From the NCBI GenBank assembly GCA_027459725.1, contig DAIDHK010000001.1:3411-67410 (forward strand): a stretch of DNA of 64,000 nt, written 5' to 3'. The notes below the pieces were generated by a model, which had not been told where the DNA came from, did not search any database, and worked only from the letters and a program-made list of their open reading frames with translations. How positions within the stretch are numbered: position 1 is the stretch's first letter; each line of letters starts with the position of its first letter. This DNA comes from Candidatus Levyibacteriota bacterium (GTDB lineage: Bacteria; Patescibacteriota; Microgenomatia; Levybacterales; UBA12049). The position numbers were made by a program, and so were the translations under genes. Shown here in pieces: positions 28,524 through 38,444 of the stretch.

Positions 28524-29534
28524 TTATTTACCGTATTGTTTGGTGTAATACTGCTTATACTCCCCCGACTTAATATTTTTCCACCATTGTTCGTTTCTTT
28601 TATACCACAATACCGTTTTTTCAAGCCACTCATCAAAGCTGAATTTCGGCTCCCAGCCCAATTCAGTTTTAATTTTTGTCCAGTCAATGTCATATTTTCT
28701 ATCATGTCCCGGACGGTCTTTGACAAATTCAATAAATGACTCATCTTTATCCAGCAGTTTTAAGATTTTTCTGGCAATTTCAATATTGGGATAAAGCTCT
28801 GTCATACCACCAACCAGATAAGTTTCTCCCACTTTACCTTTTTGCAACACTATATCAATCGCTCGGCAGTGATCGTCTACATACAACCAGTCTCTTACAT
28901 ATAATCCATCACCATAAACCGGAATTTTTTTGCCTTCTAAAACATTCGTAATTGCTAAGGGAATAAATTTTTCTGGAAACATATAAGGCCCGAAATTATT
29001 GGAACAATTAGTAATGGTTATCGGCAAACCGTACGTCACACCATATGCTCTGACTAGATGATCAGATCCAGCTTTACTGGCTGAATAAGGGCTACGGGGG
29101 TTGTAGTTGGTTGACTCCTTAAACTTTTCACTTGTTTCAAGCGATAAAGCTCCAAAAACCTCGTCAGTTGAGACATGATGAAACCTCTTAACATCATTTT
29201 TCAACGCTGCCTCCAGCAATATCTGTGTACCTAAAACATTAGTTCTCACAAAGGAAGAAGGATCTGTAATTGAACGGTCAACATGTGATTCGGCAGCAAA
29301 ATGAACTACAGTATCGACTGTGGACATGGCCCTGTTTACAGATGTCAGGTCACAAATATCCGCATGCACGAAAGAATAATTGGGATTACCGGCTATATCG
29401 GCTAGATTTTCCAGATTACCTGCATAAGTAAGCAGGTCATAATTTATAATCTGATCATCAGGATGATTTGTTAACCAGTAACGTATAAAATTTGAGCCTA
29501 TAAAACCGGCTCCGCCGGTGACAAGAAGTTTCAT
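28524..29534 (-). CDS. rmlB: dTDP-glucose 4,6-dehydratase
   Basis: LLVTGGAGFIGSNF, YSASKAGSDHL, HVSTDEVFG. Start set at the internal ATG (MKLLVTGG). Confidence 0.85.
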   Translation of the reverse strand: MKLLVTGGAGFIGSNFIRYWLTNHPDDQIINYDLLTYAGNLENLADIAGNPNYSFVHADICDLTSVNRAMSTVDTVVHFAAESHVDRSITDPSSFVRTNVLGTQILLEAALKNDVKRFHHVSTDEVFGALSLETSEKFKESTNYNPRSPYSASKAGSDHLVRAYGVTYGLPITITNCSNNFGPYMFPEKFIPLAITNVLEGKKIPVYGDGLYVRDWLYVDDHCRAIDIVLQKGKVGETYLVGGMTELYPNIEIARKILKLLDKDESFIEFVKDRPGHDRKYDIDWTKIKTELGWEPKFSFDEWLEKTVLWYKRNEQWWKNIKSGEYKQYYTKQYGK

Positions 29535-29632
29535 AAAAACTTTCCTTATCTTAAGTGAGCCACAGCCATTTGTCAACTTAACTAAGATCTACTGTTGCCT
29601 TCAACGATACAGTTTATTATACTACTTAAGTT

Positions 29633-30268
29633 ATGGATAATAACCCGTATAAACTTGCCATAAGTCCTGATGATCCCTCCTGGCCAAAAATGATACAAAC
29701 CACCCAAATTCCCGGTATTCTGATTTATGAACGTCAGACATTTCCAGATGAGAGAGGGTTTTTCCGCGAAGTTGTTGAGGTAAGGGACCTGGAAAAAGTA
29801 CTGGGTAAAAAAATTTCGACCGTTCAATGGAACCACGCCAGTTCTCATCCGCGTGTCATAAGAGGATTTCATGCAGAACCCTGGGAAAAAATGATTTATG
29901 TTGTAAAAGGAGAAGTTATGGCGGTACTTGTTGATTTTCGCACTGATTCACCCACCTTTGGTAAGGCCATAAAAATTATCATGGATGATAAATCTCACAA
30001 AACCATCTACCTACCCCTGGGAATCGGTAATTCATATTGTAATTTGGGTAATGAAGACTGTGAATATATGTATTTAGTCACCGATTATTATGCAGATAAA
30101 CCTACCCCTTCAGTTAATTTAGAAGATCCTCTTTTAGTAAGACAATTCGGCGGCTGGCCTGTAGAAAATCCAATCATTAGTGAAAAAGATAAACAGAACC
30201 CAATGTTTAAAGAAAAATTTGCTGGACAAATAGATTTTTCCCAATTTATCTGGCTTAATGAAGCATAG
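29633..30268 (+). CDS. rmlC: dTDP-4-dehydrorhamnose 3,5-epimerase (cupin)
   Basis: IPGILIYERQTFPDERGFFREV and GFHAEPWEKMIYVVKGEV match the RmlC cupin core. Confidence 0.75.
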   Translation: MDNNPYKLAISPDDPSWPKMIQTTQIPGILIYERQTFPDERGFFREVVEVRDLEKVLGKKISTVQWNHASSHPRVIRGFHAEPWEKMIYVVKGEVMAVLVDFRTDSPTFGKAIKIIMDDKSHKTIYLPLGIGNSYCNLGNEDCEYMYLVTDYYADKPTPSVNLEDPLLVRQFGGWPVENPIISEKDKQNPMFKEKFAGQIDFSQFIWLNEA

Positions 30269-30298
30269 AAAATCTAGCTAGCGGTGATCACTATTCTT

Positions 30299-31015
30299 CT
30301 AACTTTTTTTGGCTTTCTCGGCCATATAGTTATTAACCCTAAGTAAACTATCAAATGTTCCGGCATCTTCCCAAATTCCTCTCACAAACTCCACTTTTAA
30401 GTTTCCACTCATGCGATACTGATTTACTACATCTACAATTTCAATTTCTCCTCTGCCCGAAGGTCGTACGTTCTTGGCAAAACTCGATACATTATTATCG
30501 AATATATACATACCTACCTGCGCGTATTCGCTTTTAGGATGTTCGGGTTTTTCCTCAATCGACAATACTTTATTATTACCATCAAACTCTATAATGCCAT
30601 AGCGCTGGGGATCAGGAACTTTTTTAGCAAAAACCATTGCTCCTGATTTAAAATTATTGATATAAGTAGTAAAATCATCATCAAAAATATTATCTCCAAG
30701 AATCATCGTGACATTATCCTCCCCGATAAACTTTTCCCCCACTATAAACGCATCAGCCAACCCTCTAGGTTCTTCCTGTATCTCATAAGTGAATCTGGCT
30801 CCAAACTCCCTGCCGCTGCCTAATAAATTCAAAAAATGTCCTGAGTAATCCGGAGCAATAATTATTAAAATATCTTTTACTCCTGCGTTGATCAGAGTTT
30901 CCAGAGGATAAAAGATCATTGGTTTATTATAAACAGGCAATAGCTGTTTTGAGGTTATCTTTGTCAGAGGTCTTAATCTTGTGGCTCTTCCTCCAGCTAG
31001 TACAATTCCTTTCAT
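30299..31015 (-). CDS. rmlA: Glucose-1-phosphate thymidylyltransferase (short form)
   Basis: MKGIVLAGGRATRLRPLTKITSKQLLPVYNKPMIFYPLETL nucleotidyltransferase signature. Confidence 0.85.
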   Translation of the reverse strand: MKGIVLAGGRATRLRPLTKITSKQLLPVYNKPMIFYPLETLINAGVKDILIIIAPDYSGHFLNLLGSGREFGARFTYEIQEEPRGLADAFIVGEKFIGEDNVTMILGDNIFDDDFTTYINNFKSGAMVFAKKVPDPQRYGIIEFDGNNKVLSIEEKPEHPKSEYAQVGMYIFDNNVSSFAKNVRPSGRGEIEIVDVVNQYRMSGNLKVEFVRGIWEDAGTFDSLLRVNNYMAEKAKKS

Positions 31016-31136
31016 AGACTAATAGGCTTATTCTAACACATTCTATATAACGCTGCATTAAATGACTGCTAAGTCCCCAAATTTATGCCTAAAGTTATTT
31101 GCATTATAAAATCTTTTATGAGAGACTAGGATCATA

Positions 31137-32063
31137 ATGACAGCTGAACTATCAATTATTATTCTTAACTATAATACTCGGGATATAACTATTCAGGCAA
31201 TCGAATCTATCGTAAAAAACTATACCAAAGAAGCAGCAAGCGGATTATATGAAGTCATTGTAACTGATAATGCTTCCACAGACGGTTCACTGGAGGCTTT
31301 CAGACAATACAAAAAAAAGACCGCAATTAAAACTTTTCATGTGGTTGATAATGGCGGTAATATCGGTTTTTCAGCGGGGAATAATAGAGGTATACCTTTT
31401 GCTAAGGGGAAATATATTCTGTTTTTAAATCCGGATACCATTTCCCACCCCAAAACTCTTTCCTACATGCTCGAATTTATGAATGCTCACCCGGAGGCTG
31501 GCGCTGCTTCATGTAAGCTAGTTAATAAGGATGGTAAACTTGATTTTAACTGTCACCGTGGTTTTCCCAACCCCTGGAATTCATTTTGTTATTTTTCCGG
31601 ACTACAGCGAATGTTTCCCAAAAGCAGGATGTTTGCCGGATATACCCTGGGCTGGAAAGATTTAAATACCACTCATGAGGTTGACGCTGTAGAAGGAGCT
31701 TTTTTACTTGTACCACGAAAAGTCGGCGAAGAAGTGGGCTGGTGGGATGAGGATTACTTTTTTAACGGCGAAGATTTACAGTTTTGCTTTGATATCAAAA
31801 AGCTTGGTTACAAAATCTACTATGTAGGAGAAGTAAGTACTATGCATATAGGAGGCGCTGCCAGCGGAATCAAAAAAAGCGGTGCTGTAATCACAACCGC
31901 AAACATTGAGACAAAACGAAAAGTCCAGGGCTGGCGTTTTGATGCAATGAGAAAATTCTACTGCAAAAATTATGCTAAGTCATATCCGGGTATAGTTAAC
32001 TGGATGGTATTAAGAGGTATTAATTATTTATACAAAAAAAATCTACCCCAGACCACCGTATAA
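31137..32063 (+). CDS. GT2-family glycosyltransferase (probable rhamnosyl/hexosyl transferase)
   Basis: LSIIILNYNTRD, VTDNASTDGS, NPDT GT2 motifs. Confidence 0.75.
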   Translation: MTAELSIIILNYNTRDITIQAIESIVKNYTKEAASGLYEVIVTDNASTDGSLEAFRQYKKKTAIKTFHVVDNGGNIGFSAGNNRGIPFAKGKYILFLNPDTISHPKTLSYMLEFMNAHPEAGAASCKLVNKDGKLDFNCHRGFPNPWNSFCYFSGLQRMFPKSRMFAGYTLGWKDLNTTHEVDAVEGAFLLVPRKVGEEVGWWDEDYFFNGEDLQFCFDIKKLGYKIYYVGEVSTMHIGGAASGIKKSGAVITTANIETKRKVQGWRFDAMRKFYCKNYAKSYPGIVNWMVLRGINYLYKKNLPQTTV

Positions 32064-32089
32064 TTTATAAACTGATAATCCATTAACAG

Positions 32090-32383
32090 TTAAGACTGGA
32101 GCTGAAACATAAAAAAAGCAATACTACTGCCCAGAAAACCCATCAGAATATATTCAAGAACAATTTCAGGATGTAAATCATGATTTAGATAATGATGCAG
32201 ACAGGCCCAGATAACATAAACAATGCTAGTGGATATCACAATTAACATTTGTGTAGAAATATGCGGAGCTGCCAGGTATACCATATAGTAGCTGGACAAT
32301 TGTAAAAGCACCAGAGAAATATAATATAAGAAATGCTGTCTGATATGCGGATGTATAAAACCATTTAAGGTGCTTCTGATCAT
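32090..32383 (-). CDS. Small three-TM membrane protein (DUF2304/GtrA-like accessory?)
   Basis: 97-aa hydrophobic ORF. 4-nt overlap with the CAP-domain gene. Confidence 0.4.
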   Translation of the reverse strand: MIRSTLNGFIHPHIRQHFLYYISLVLLQLSSYYMVYLAAPHISTQMLIVISTSIVYVIWACLHHYLNHDLHPEIVLEYILMGFLGSSIAFFMFQLQS

Positions 32384-33345
32384 AATGTCACTCCTCTGCC
32401 CAAAACAAATATTATTAATAATAATATCATACCTAAAAAGAGAAGATGATCTACATTGTGAGCAACAAAACGTACTACCTGTTTTCTTTCCAGAAAAATC
32501 AGATCTAAAATTAGAGCAAGCATCAAAACTATGATCACTACTACTGCCAAATTTTTACTGAAACTCGCGCTATCTATGAGGGGCTTAGAATCCGAAGAAG
32601 TCAGATTTGAAATAACTTTCTGCTGTGTTACACCCCCTACCACTTTTACGGTTGAAGTAGGTGATAACATGATGCTGGGAGTGACTGTACCAGGTATCGG
32701 ACTTACTGAAGGAGCCAAAGCTAACTGAGCAACTGAGCTATTAGCAGAGAGCGTATTCTGTGAGACAGAAGACACCTGACTGCCAAACATTTCAACTACC
32801 AGAACAGTATCTTCTCCGGTTAAATTACCTTCCTCAACGGCATAACCGATATCTTTATAATTAGGCGATAAAATATTTGCCCGATGCTCCGGACTATTCA
32901 TCCAGGCAGTCTCCAGACTCGGAACATCAACAAAACCTCTGGCTAAATTCTGCCCTGCATACAGATAGTTATACCCCGCCTGATTAATAAAATACCAGGG
33001 TGATGTACCATCCGGCGCAAAATGCGCCCAGTAATCTTCCTTAAACATATAGGCCGCATTTGCGACTGCGGCATTGGTGAGTTTTTGATTTAACACCAAA
33101 GGCGCCAGACCATGGGCCGTTCGATCCTGATTAGTAGCGACTAATAACTGGTTGATGGGAATACTGTAAGAAATCCCCAGAACACTTTTATGCGAGTTTT
33201 TTAACGGCGGCAAAATTAGCCCCAACCCAATAAACAGAAGAATCAGAATAAAGAGTGAAGAATGGTGTAGTATTTTAGCTCTATGATTATTCGACTGGTG
33301 AGGTAGTAACCAGTGACGAAAATAGCGGTGGAGGAATTTATGCAT
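32380..33345 (-). CDS. Membrane-anchored CAP (SCP/PR-1/YkwD-like) domain protein with a Ser/Thr/Pro-rich stalk
   Basis: HGLAPLVLNQKLTNAAVANAAYMFKEDYWAHF, PEHRANILSPNYKDIGYAV CAP motifs. N-terminal TM. C-terminal low-complexity region plus a TM. Confidence 0.7.
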   Translation of the reverse strand: MHKFLHRYFRHWLLPHQSNNHRAKILHHSSLFILILLFIGLGLILPPLKNSHKSVLGISYSIPINQLLVATNQDRTAHGLAPLVLNQKLTNAAVANAAYMFKEDYWAHFAPDGTSPWYFINQAGYNYLYAGQNLARGFVDVPSLETAWMNSPEHRANILSPNYKDIGYAVEEGNLTGEDTVLVVEMFGSQVSSVSQNTLSANSSVAQLALAPSVSPIPGTVTPSIMLSPTSTVKVVGGVTQQKVISNLTSSDSKPLIDSASFSKNLAVVVIIVLMLALILDLIFLERKQVVRFVAHNVDHLLFLGMILLLIIFVLGRGVTL

Positions 33346-33389
33346 ATATCAACTATATACTAACTACGTGAAAATTTTCAATCTATAAC

Positions 33390-34460
33390 TTATGCATATT
33401 TCTTTAATAAGCTAAGCGTGGCATTTTCTGCCCGGGAAAGTAAATTCTTTCCTTTGTCTTCCTGTGCAAACGTCTCCTCGAAATGAGGGATAAGTAAACC
33501 CTTTTCATAAGTTTCAATTATTGCAGGATGTATGTAATAACTGCGGCAAACCTTGACAGTGTTATGTAAATGTTTGGCTGCTTTTTTTACTGCTAATGTG
33601 ACGTTTTTCTTCCTTTCCTCATTGTTTCCACCTAATCCGGTTTCAAATAAAGTAGTAGCAGAAAGAGTGGTAGCTCCCCAGGTACGAAAATCTTTGGCTG
33701 TGATATCCAGATTTGTAATGTACTGTAAATACTGATTAACATCCGCTGAATCAATCGTGTGCCTGTTTCCATTATCATCCACATACTGAAATAATTCATA
33801 TCCCGGCAGCTCAAAGCACTCTTTTATAATTTTGACAATTCTGGGATGTGATATTTTGACAGAATGCTGCACTTTGCTTTTACCCATAAATTCAAAAGTA
33901 ATATTTTTTTTACCAATATGAACATGTTTGTTACGAAGTGTGGTAAGACCAAATGAATTATTTTCTTTTACATACTCATCATTTCCGATTCTGATCATAG
34001 TAGCGCCTAATAACCATACCACGGCAGCAATTACTTTATTTCTCTCCAATGATCCGTCCGATAAGTCTGCTTGTACTCTTCTACGGATTTTAGACAATAC
34101 CTCAGCAAATTCGATAATTTTATTGAATTTTTTTTCCTGTGAAAGTTTAGTCCATTCTTCGTGATAAATGTATTGCTTACGGTTTTTATCGTCATATCCG
34201 GTAGCCTGCAAATACCCAGAAGGAGAGGAACAAATCCAAACCTTATTCCAGGCCGGAGGAATAGTCAATTTTTTAATTCTCTCCAAAATCTGCTCACTGG
34301 TTATACGACTATCCTTAGCATCAAAATAGACAAACGTATCTCCCTGATTTTTACGTCTTATACCCTGTTTGCTGTCAGATACAAAACGGAGATCAACTTT
34401 TTTCAGTTCTTTAACTAAATCTGTAGCAGCATTCATGCGTGTAGATATAATAACATACAA
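33390..34460 (-). CDS. DNA topoisomerase IB (poxvirus/bacterial type)
   Basis: KDFRTWGATTL and C-terminal RSYYIHP (active-site Tyr region). Size around 350 aa as in bacterial TopIB. Confidence 0.6.
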   Translation of the reverse strand: MYVIISTRMNAATDLVKELKKVDLRFVSDSKQGIRRKNQGDTFVYFDAKDSRITSEQILERIKKLTIPPAWNKVWICSSPSGYLQATGYDDKNRKQYIYHEEWTKLSQEKKFNKIIEFAEVLSKIRRRVQADLSDGSLERNKVIAAVVWLLGATMIRIGNDEYVKENNSFGLTTLRNKHVHIGKKNITFEFMGKSKVQHSVKISHPRIVKIIKECFELPGYELFQYVDDNGNRHTIDSADVNQYLQYITNLDITAKDFRTWGATTLSATTLFETGLGGNNEERKKNVTLAVKKAAKHLHNTVKVCRSYYIHPAIIETYEKGLLIPHFEETFAQEDKGKNLLSRAENATLSLLKKYA

Positions 34461-34461
34461 T

Positions 34462-34776
34462 TTACTGGTAAAGAGGTTCTACTAATTGACCAGGGGACTG
34501 ATGATTAAGAGGAATGTTTAAGATAGCACCCAAGGTATTGGCGATTGCTACTCCGACCCGCACTCCAGTGAATGAACCCGGACCGGGATTGACTTCAATT
34601 TCAGTCAGATCTTTTAAACTTAAATTATGTTTATGCAGTAATTCTTCAAGCAATGGTAAAACAATCTGGGCTTTTTTCTTATCATGAGATTCTTCACACA
34701 TATCCACTTTCCCGTTGATTTCTAGTCCGACTTTAATCAATTCATTACTTGTAGTATCAATAAAAAGTTTCACCAT
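34462..34776 (-). CDS. tsaB: tRNA t6A biosynthesis protein TsaB (YeaZ), short form containing only the N-terminal ASKHA half
   Basis: MVKLFIDTTSNELIKVGL...GPGSFTGVRVGVAIANTL. Start at the internal ATG. Only about 104 aa. Confidence 0.65.
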   Translation of the reverse strand: MVKLFIDTTSNELIKVGLEINGKVDMCEESHDKKKAQIVLPLLEELLHKHNLSLKDLTEIEVNPGPGSFTGVRVGVAIANTLGAILNIPLNHQSPGQLVEPLYQ

Positions 34777-34995
34777 AGTTGAATTATAACATTTCAATAT
34801 ACTATTATCCCCCTTGTATGCCTGCACACTAGGAGCTATTTATAAAATGTACGCCCGGAGAAACACTAAGGGATGTAAATAGACTAGCCAGAAGTCTATG
34901 AGCTCATGCCCAAAACCTAAATCCAATAGACCAGAAACTACCTGCAATAAATTGTTTACAAAAATCAGCAGCAATTAAAATAATACTCTAATTCT

Positions 34996-35586
34996 CTATT
35001 GTATTAGAATTCCACCTTGACGTAAAATTCTCCAGGGCTTTACTGTACAATCAATTACAGTCGAAGTAATTTTATTATCTTTAGTTTTTCCGGGTACTAC
35101 AAGATCAACTAACTTAACTAATTGCGGATCAAGTGAATCAAACAGATAAGGTGTAGGTTCACCTGCAAAGTTAGCTGAACAGCCTACAACACCTTCCCCT
35201 ACCTGATGAATAATTTCAAGTATAACTTCATTATCAGGCACTCTCACACCTACGGTTTCACCGCCGCCTCTGACTAATATAGGTACTTCCTCCTTATTAC
35301 ACTTTAAAACAATCGTCAAAGCACCCGGCCAATACCTGTCTATTAATCTTTCTTTAACCTCATTATCAATCTCTCCTACATAACGCTTCGCCATCTCAGG
35401 TGATCCAACTAGGACAGGTACCGCTTTAGTGTCAGATCTACGACGTAATTTAAATAATTTCTGCACCGTCTCTTTAGCACTCAAAACACATCCTATGCCA
35501 AAGGCTGTATCAGTAGGATAGATAATTATCCCTTTATTTTTTAAAACCTTAACTGCTTTTTCTATATTCTCTTGTCTATTCGGCAT
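34996..35586 (-). CDS. tsaC: L-threonylcarbamoyladenylate synthase (YrdC/Sua5 family)
   Basis: IIIYPTDTAFGIGC, VPVLVGS, GPGALTIVL YrdC-domain motifs. Confidence 0.8.
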   Translation of the reverse strand: MPNRQENIEKAVKVLKNKGIIIYPTDTAFGIGCVLSAKETVQKLFKLRRRSDTKAVPVLVGSPEMAKRYVGEIDNEVKERLIDRYWPGALTIVLKCNKEEVPILVRGGGETVGVRVPDNEVILEIIHQVGEGVVGCSANFAGEPTPYLFDSLDPQLVKLVDLVVPGKTKDNKITSTVIDCTVKPWRILRQGGILIQ

Positions 35587-35610
35587 AAGTAAATATTAAA
35601 TCGTAATAAA

Positions 35611-36051
35611 TTAGATCTTGTTAATAAATACTTCTCTTTCATTCTCACTTAAATATTTAAGCTGTATATCAATTCTTTTTTCAGGCAGTAAACTTTCCAT
35701 TTTCTCAGGCCATTCTATGATGACAATACTCTCACTATCAGCTAAGACTTCCAACAAACCCGTACTCTCAATAGCTTTATCAGTATCAAGACGGTATAAA
35801 TCAACATGATAAAAATACTTTAAGTCACCCTTGATCTCTGGCAGATCATACTTTCTCATTATGATAAACGTAGGAGAAATAATTTTCTGCTTTATACCTA
35901 AAACACGGGCCAATCCCTGAGTAAAAGTTGTTTTACCTGCCCCCAGTTCCCCGCGTAATGTTATAACAGCCGGTCCCTTCAGGCTAAGCGCCAAATCTCC
36001 CGCAACTTTTTGTGTTTCTTCACGACTATGAGTAATAATTCCTGATGTCAT
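35611..36051 (-). CDS. tsaE: tRNA t6A biosynthesis ATPase TsaE (YjeE)
   Basis: P-loop LRGELGAGKTTFTQGL. Size and position beside tsaC/tsaB. Confidence 0.8.
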   Translation of the reverse strand: MTSGIITHSREETQKVAGDLALSLKGPAVITLRGELGAGKTTFTQGLARVLGIKQKIISPTFIIMRKYDLPEIKGDLKYFYHVDLYRLDTDKAIESTGLLEVLADSESIVIIEWPEKMESLLPEKRIDIQLKYLSENEREVFINKI

Positions 36052-36163
36052 ACTAGGCCCGAGAATTATACCTCAATTATTAACAGAATAAAAATTGCTC
36101 TCTTCCTTAACTGTATTTTTTTGCTGAGCAAAAGTTGATTTAATAAATCAGCAGGATAATAAA

Positions 36164-37399
36164 TTAGGACACCGAAACAGCGTCAACTTCAAAAATCATA
36201 TCCATAGAATAATGATCGGTAAAAGAAATATCATGACCATTTGGAATATACGGATCATTCATAATGTAATTACCATTTGAACCGCTGACTAATACGACAA
36301 AATGAGTATCGCCAGAAGCATAGCGGATGCCGACAATAACCGGATTACCACTCGCAAGATGACTGTCAATAATTGTACTGGTTCTTGTTGCGGTTTTTCC
36401 GCCGGCTGAAACAGTGTATAAAAGATATGCGGGATAATAGGCAGCAAAATTACTCGGATTAGAATCGATATCTATTGGAGTAACATGCACTCCATAATGA
36501 GTCATTACCATTGCCACTGAAGTTAATAAGCAACCATCACTAGCAATAGTATACTGAGTGTGATTCAAAGACATTCCTCCCCACTGGGAATCACGCTGAT
36601 TGTAATAACACCCCCAGCTGTCACAGACAGTCTGACCCGAGAGTAAAGACGCACCTCCCTGGGAACTGGTAAAACTCGAGAAACCGGCCAGCTGAGCCTG
36701 AGCTGCTGCTAAAAGCTTCTGATAATTAGCCTCCTGACCTTGTGTTTCGGTTAAAAGCTGCTGCTTCTGTTGTTTTTGGGAGTCTAACTGATCACTATAC
36801 TGCTGCAACTGTGTCTGCAATGCGACTACTTTCTGTTTTTCTACTTCAAATATCTGTTTCTGATTAGCATAATCATTCTGTGCTTGCTGCGTGTCATAAA
36901 TAAGTTTTTTATCATGCTCCTGAACTATCTTCATATAACTGGCTCTTTCAATCAGATCGTTCAGGTTACTAGAAGCTAAAATAGCCTGGGTCTGTTCCAT
37001 ATTACCAGCTTCATAGGTTGCTACAATTCTTTGCAAAAGTACTTTGGTAATATTAGCTAATGATGATTGTAGTGTATTGACCTTTGTTGTAGCCACTTGA
37101 ATGTTGGAAGTTAATTCCGAAATCTGCTGTTCAGTCGAACTAATCCTCAATTGGGTTAAAGTGATCTGATTATCCATAACCGAGATAGCCGAAGAAAGTG
37201 TTTTTTCCTGTTCCTGTGTGCCGACAATTTTATTCTGTAAATCGCTTATCTGCTGCTGCAATTGATTATATGCTGACTGATCAGGAGTAGGCGTGGGTCC
37301 CCCGGATGGTGTTGGAGTCGGTGTATCTGCAAGAGCAAAAACAGAAAAATTAAAAGTCAAAGTCGACAAAAGTAATATAAAAATAAAGAAATTTTTCAT
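36164..37399 (-). CDS. Secreted coiled-coil protein with a C-terminal peptidase C39-like (papain-fold) domain; PcsB/EnvC-analogous FtsEX-associated hydrolase
   Basis: Signal peptide, Pro/Thr linker, about 200 aa Gln-rich coiled coil, then GCYYNQRDSQWGG...DGCLLTSVAMVMTHYG...GDTHFVVLVSG (Cys/His of C39_2-type domains). Directly downstream of ftsE-ftsX. Confidence 0.65.
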   Translation of the reverse strand: MKNFFIFILLLSTLTFNFSVFALADTPTPTPSGGPTPTPDQSAYNQLQQQISDLQNKIVGTQEQEKTLSSAISVMDNQITLTQLRISSTEQQISELTSNIQVATTKVNTLQSSLANITKVLLQRIVATYEAGNMEQTQAILASSNLNDLIERASYMKIVQEHDKKLIYDTQQAQNDYANQKQIFEVEKQKVVALQTQLQQYSDQLDSQKQQKQQLLTETQGQEANYQKLLAAAQAQLAGFSSFTSSQGGASLLSGQTVCDSWGCYYNQRDSQWGGMSLNHTQYTIASDGCLLTSVAMVMTHYGVHVTPIDIDSNPSNFAAYYPAYLLYTVSAGGKTATRTSTIIDSHLASGNPVIVGIRYASGDTHFVVLVSGSNGNYIMNDPYIPNGHDISFTDHYSMDMIFEVDAVSVS

Positions 37400-37481
37400 A
37401 AATTAAAAATATAAGAATAAAGAATTGTAAACTCGGGCAGATATAAATGAAATATTACAGCATAATCCTTTATTCTTAGAT

Positions 37482-38432
37482 TTATTTAAGATATCTGAAC
37501 ACGGCCATGAAACTAGCCACAAAACCCAAAATAATAGCCGTTAAAACTTCTCCGCCAAATAACATTAACAGTAATTCCGGTTGATTAGGGATAAAACCAC
37601 TATTACCTAAAAATGACTTCAGAAAGGGAGCACTGGAATACATGGTAGCTGTCGCCAGACCAAAACCTAAGAGTGTACCAACAAGGCTGTAGATAATTCC
37701 CTCAAAAATAAATGGCCAGCGGATATACCAGTTGGTAGCACTTAAAAGACGCATAATTTCTATTTCCTGCCGCTTATGAGAAACTTTAATACCAATAATT
37801 ATAGTCATTATAAAAATAGCATCCAGGGCCAGAAAAATAATTATTACGATCCCAATTTTACGCAGAGCATTAGTCCATGAGGTCAAATTACTCACAATAT
37901 CCTTGGGTAAAACTACCTGATCAACAATGGGTGAATTGTGTAATGTGGTAGCAATCGGTGATAGATCCTCAATCTGATAAGTTGAGATCTCCAGCGAGGC
38001 GGGAAGTACATCTGCCGTGACCAAATCAAGCAGAATCGGATCACTTTTGTTCTGCTGCTGATATCTGGCCAGAGCTTCCTGTTTGGAAACAAAGGTAATC
38101 TTGCTCACTTTGTTGGTAGCTCTAATCTGTGCTTCCAATGCATCAATCTGGCTTTGTTTGGCGGATTCCTTGAAAAAAGCAGTCACGGAGGGTAACGATT
38201 CAAAATAATTAATAACTCTTGCAGAACTGATCACGATAAAAGCAAAAATCGTGATCACAAAGAATGTCTGCAGCATAATAAAAATTGCTGCAAAAGACTG
38301 ATAAGGTGAACGGCGTATATGGTTCCAGCTAGTTCTTAAGGCTTTACTCATGGCAGTTTTAATATTATAACAAACAGCTGTAATTGGTAATAGGCAATAG
38401 TAAAATCTTCCATTTACAAAGCCTATTCTCAA
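37482..38432 (-). CDS. ftsX: Cell division ABC permease-like protein FtsX
   Basis: 4-TM FtsX topology with a large extracytoplasmic loop. Follows ftsE. Confidence 0.8.
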   Translation of the reverse strand: MRIGFVNGRFYYCLLPITAVCYNIKTAMSKALRTSWNHIRRSPYQSFAAIFIMLQTFFVITIFAFIVISSARVINYFESLPSVTAFFKESAKQSQIDALEAQIRATNKVSKITFVSKQEALARYQQQNKSDPILLDLVTADVLPASLEISTYQIEDLSPIATTLHNSPIVDQVVLPKDIVSNLTSWTNALRKIGIVIIIFLALDAIFIMTIIIGIKVSHKRQEIEIMRLLSATNWYIRWPFIFEGIIYSLVGTLLGFGLATATMYSSAPFLKSFLGNSGFIPNQPELLLMLFGGEVLTAIILGFVASFMAVFRYLK

Positions 38433-38444
38433 TATTCTAATTGT

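Noticed and set aside
28508-28951. Small ORFs overlapping the rmlD/rmlB junction and rmlB body
   Set aside because: They overlap confidently identified rml genes in other frames or strands.
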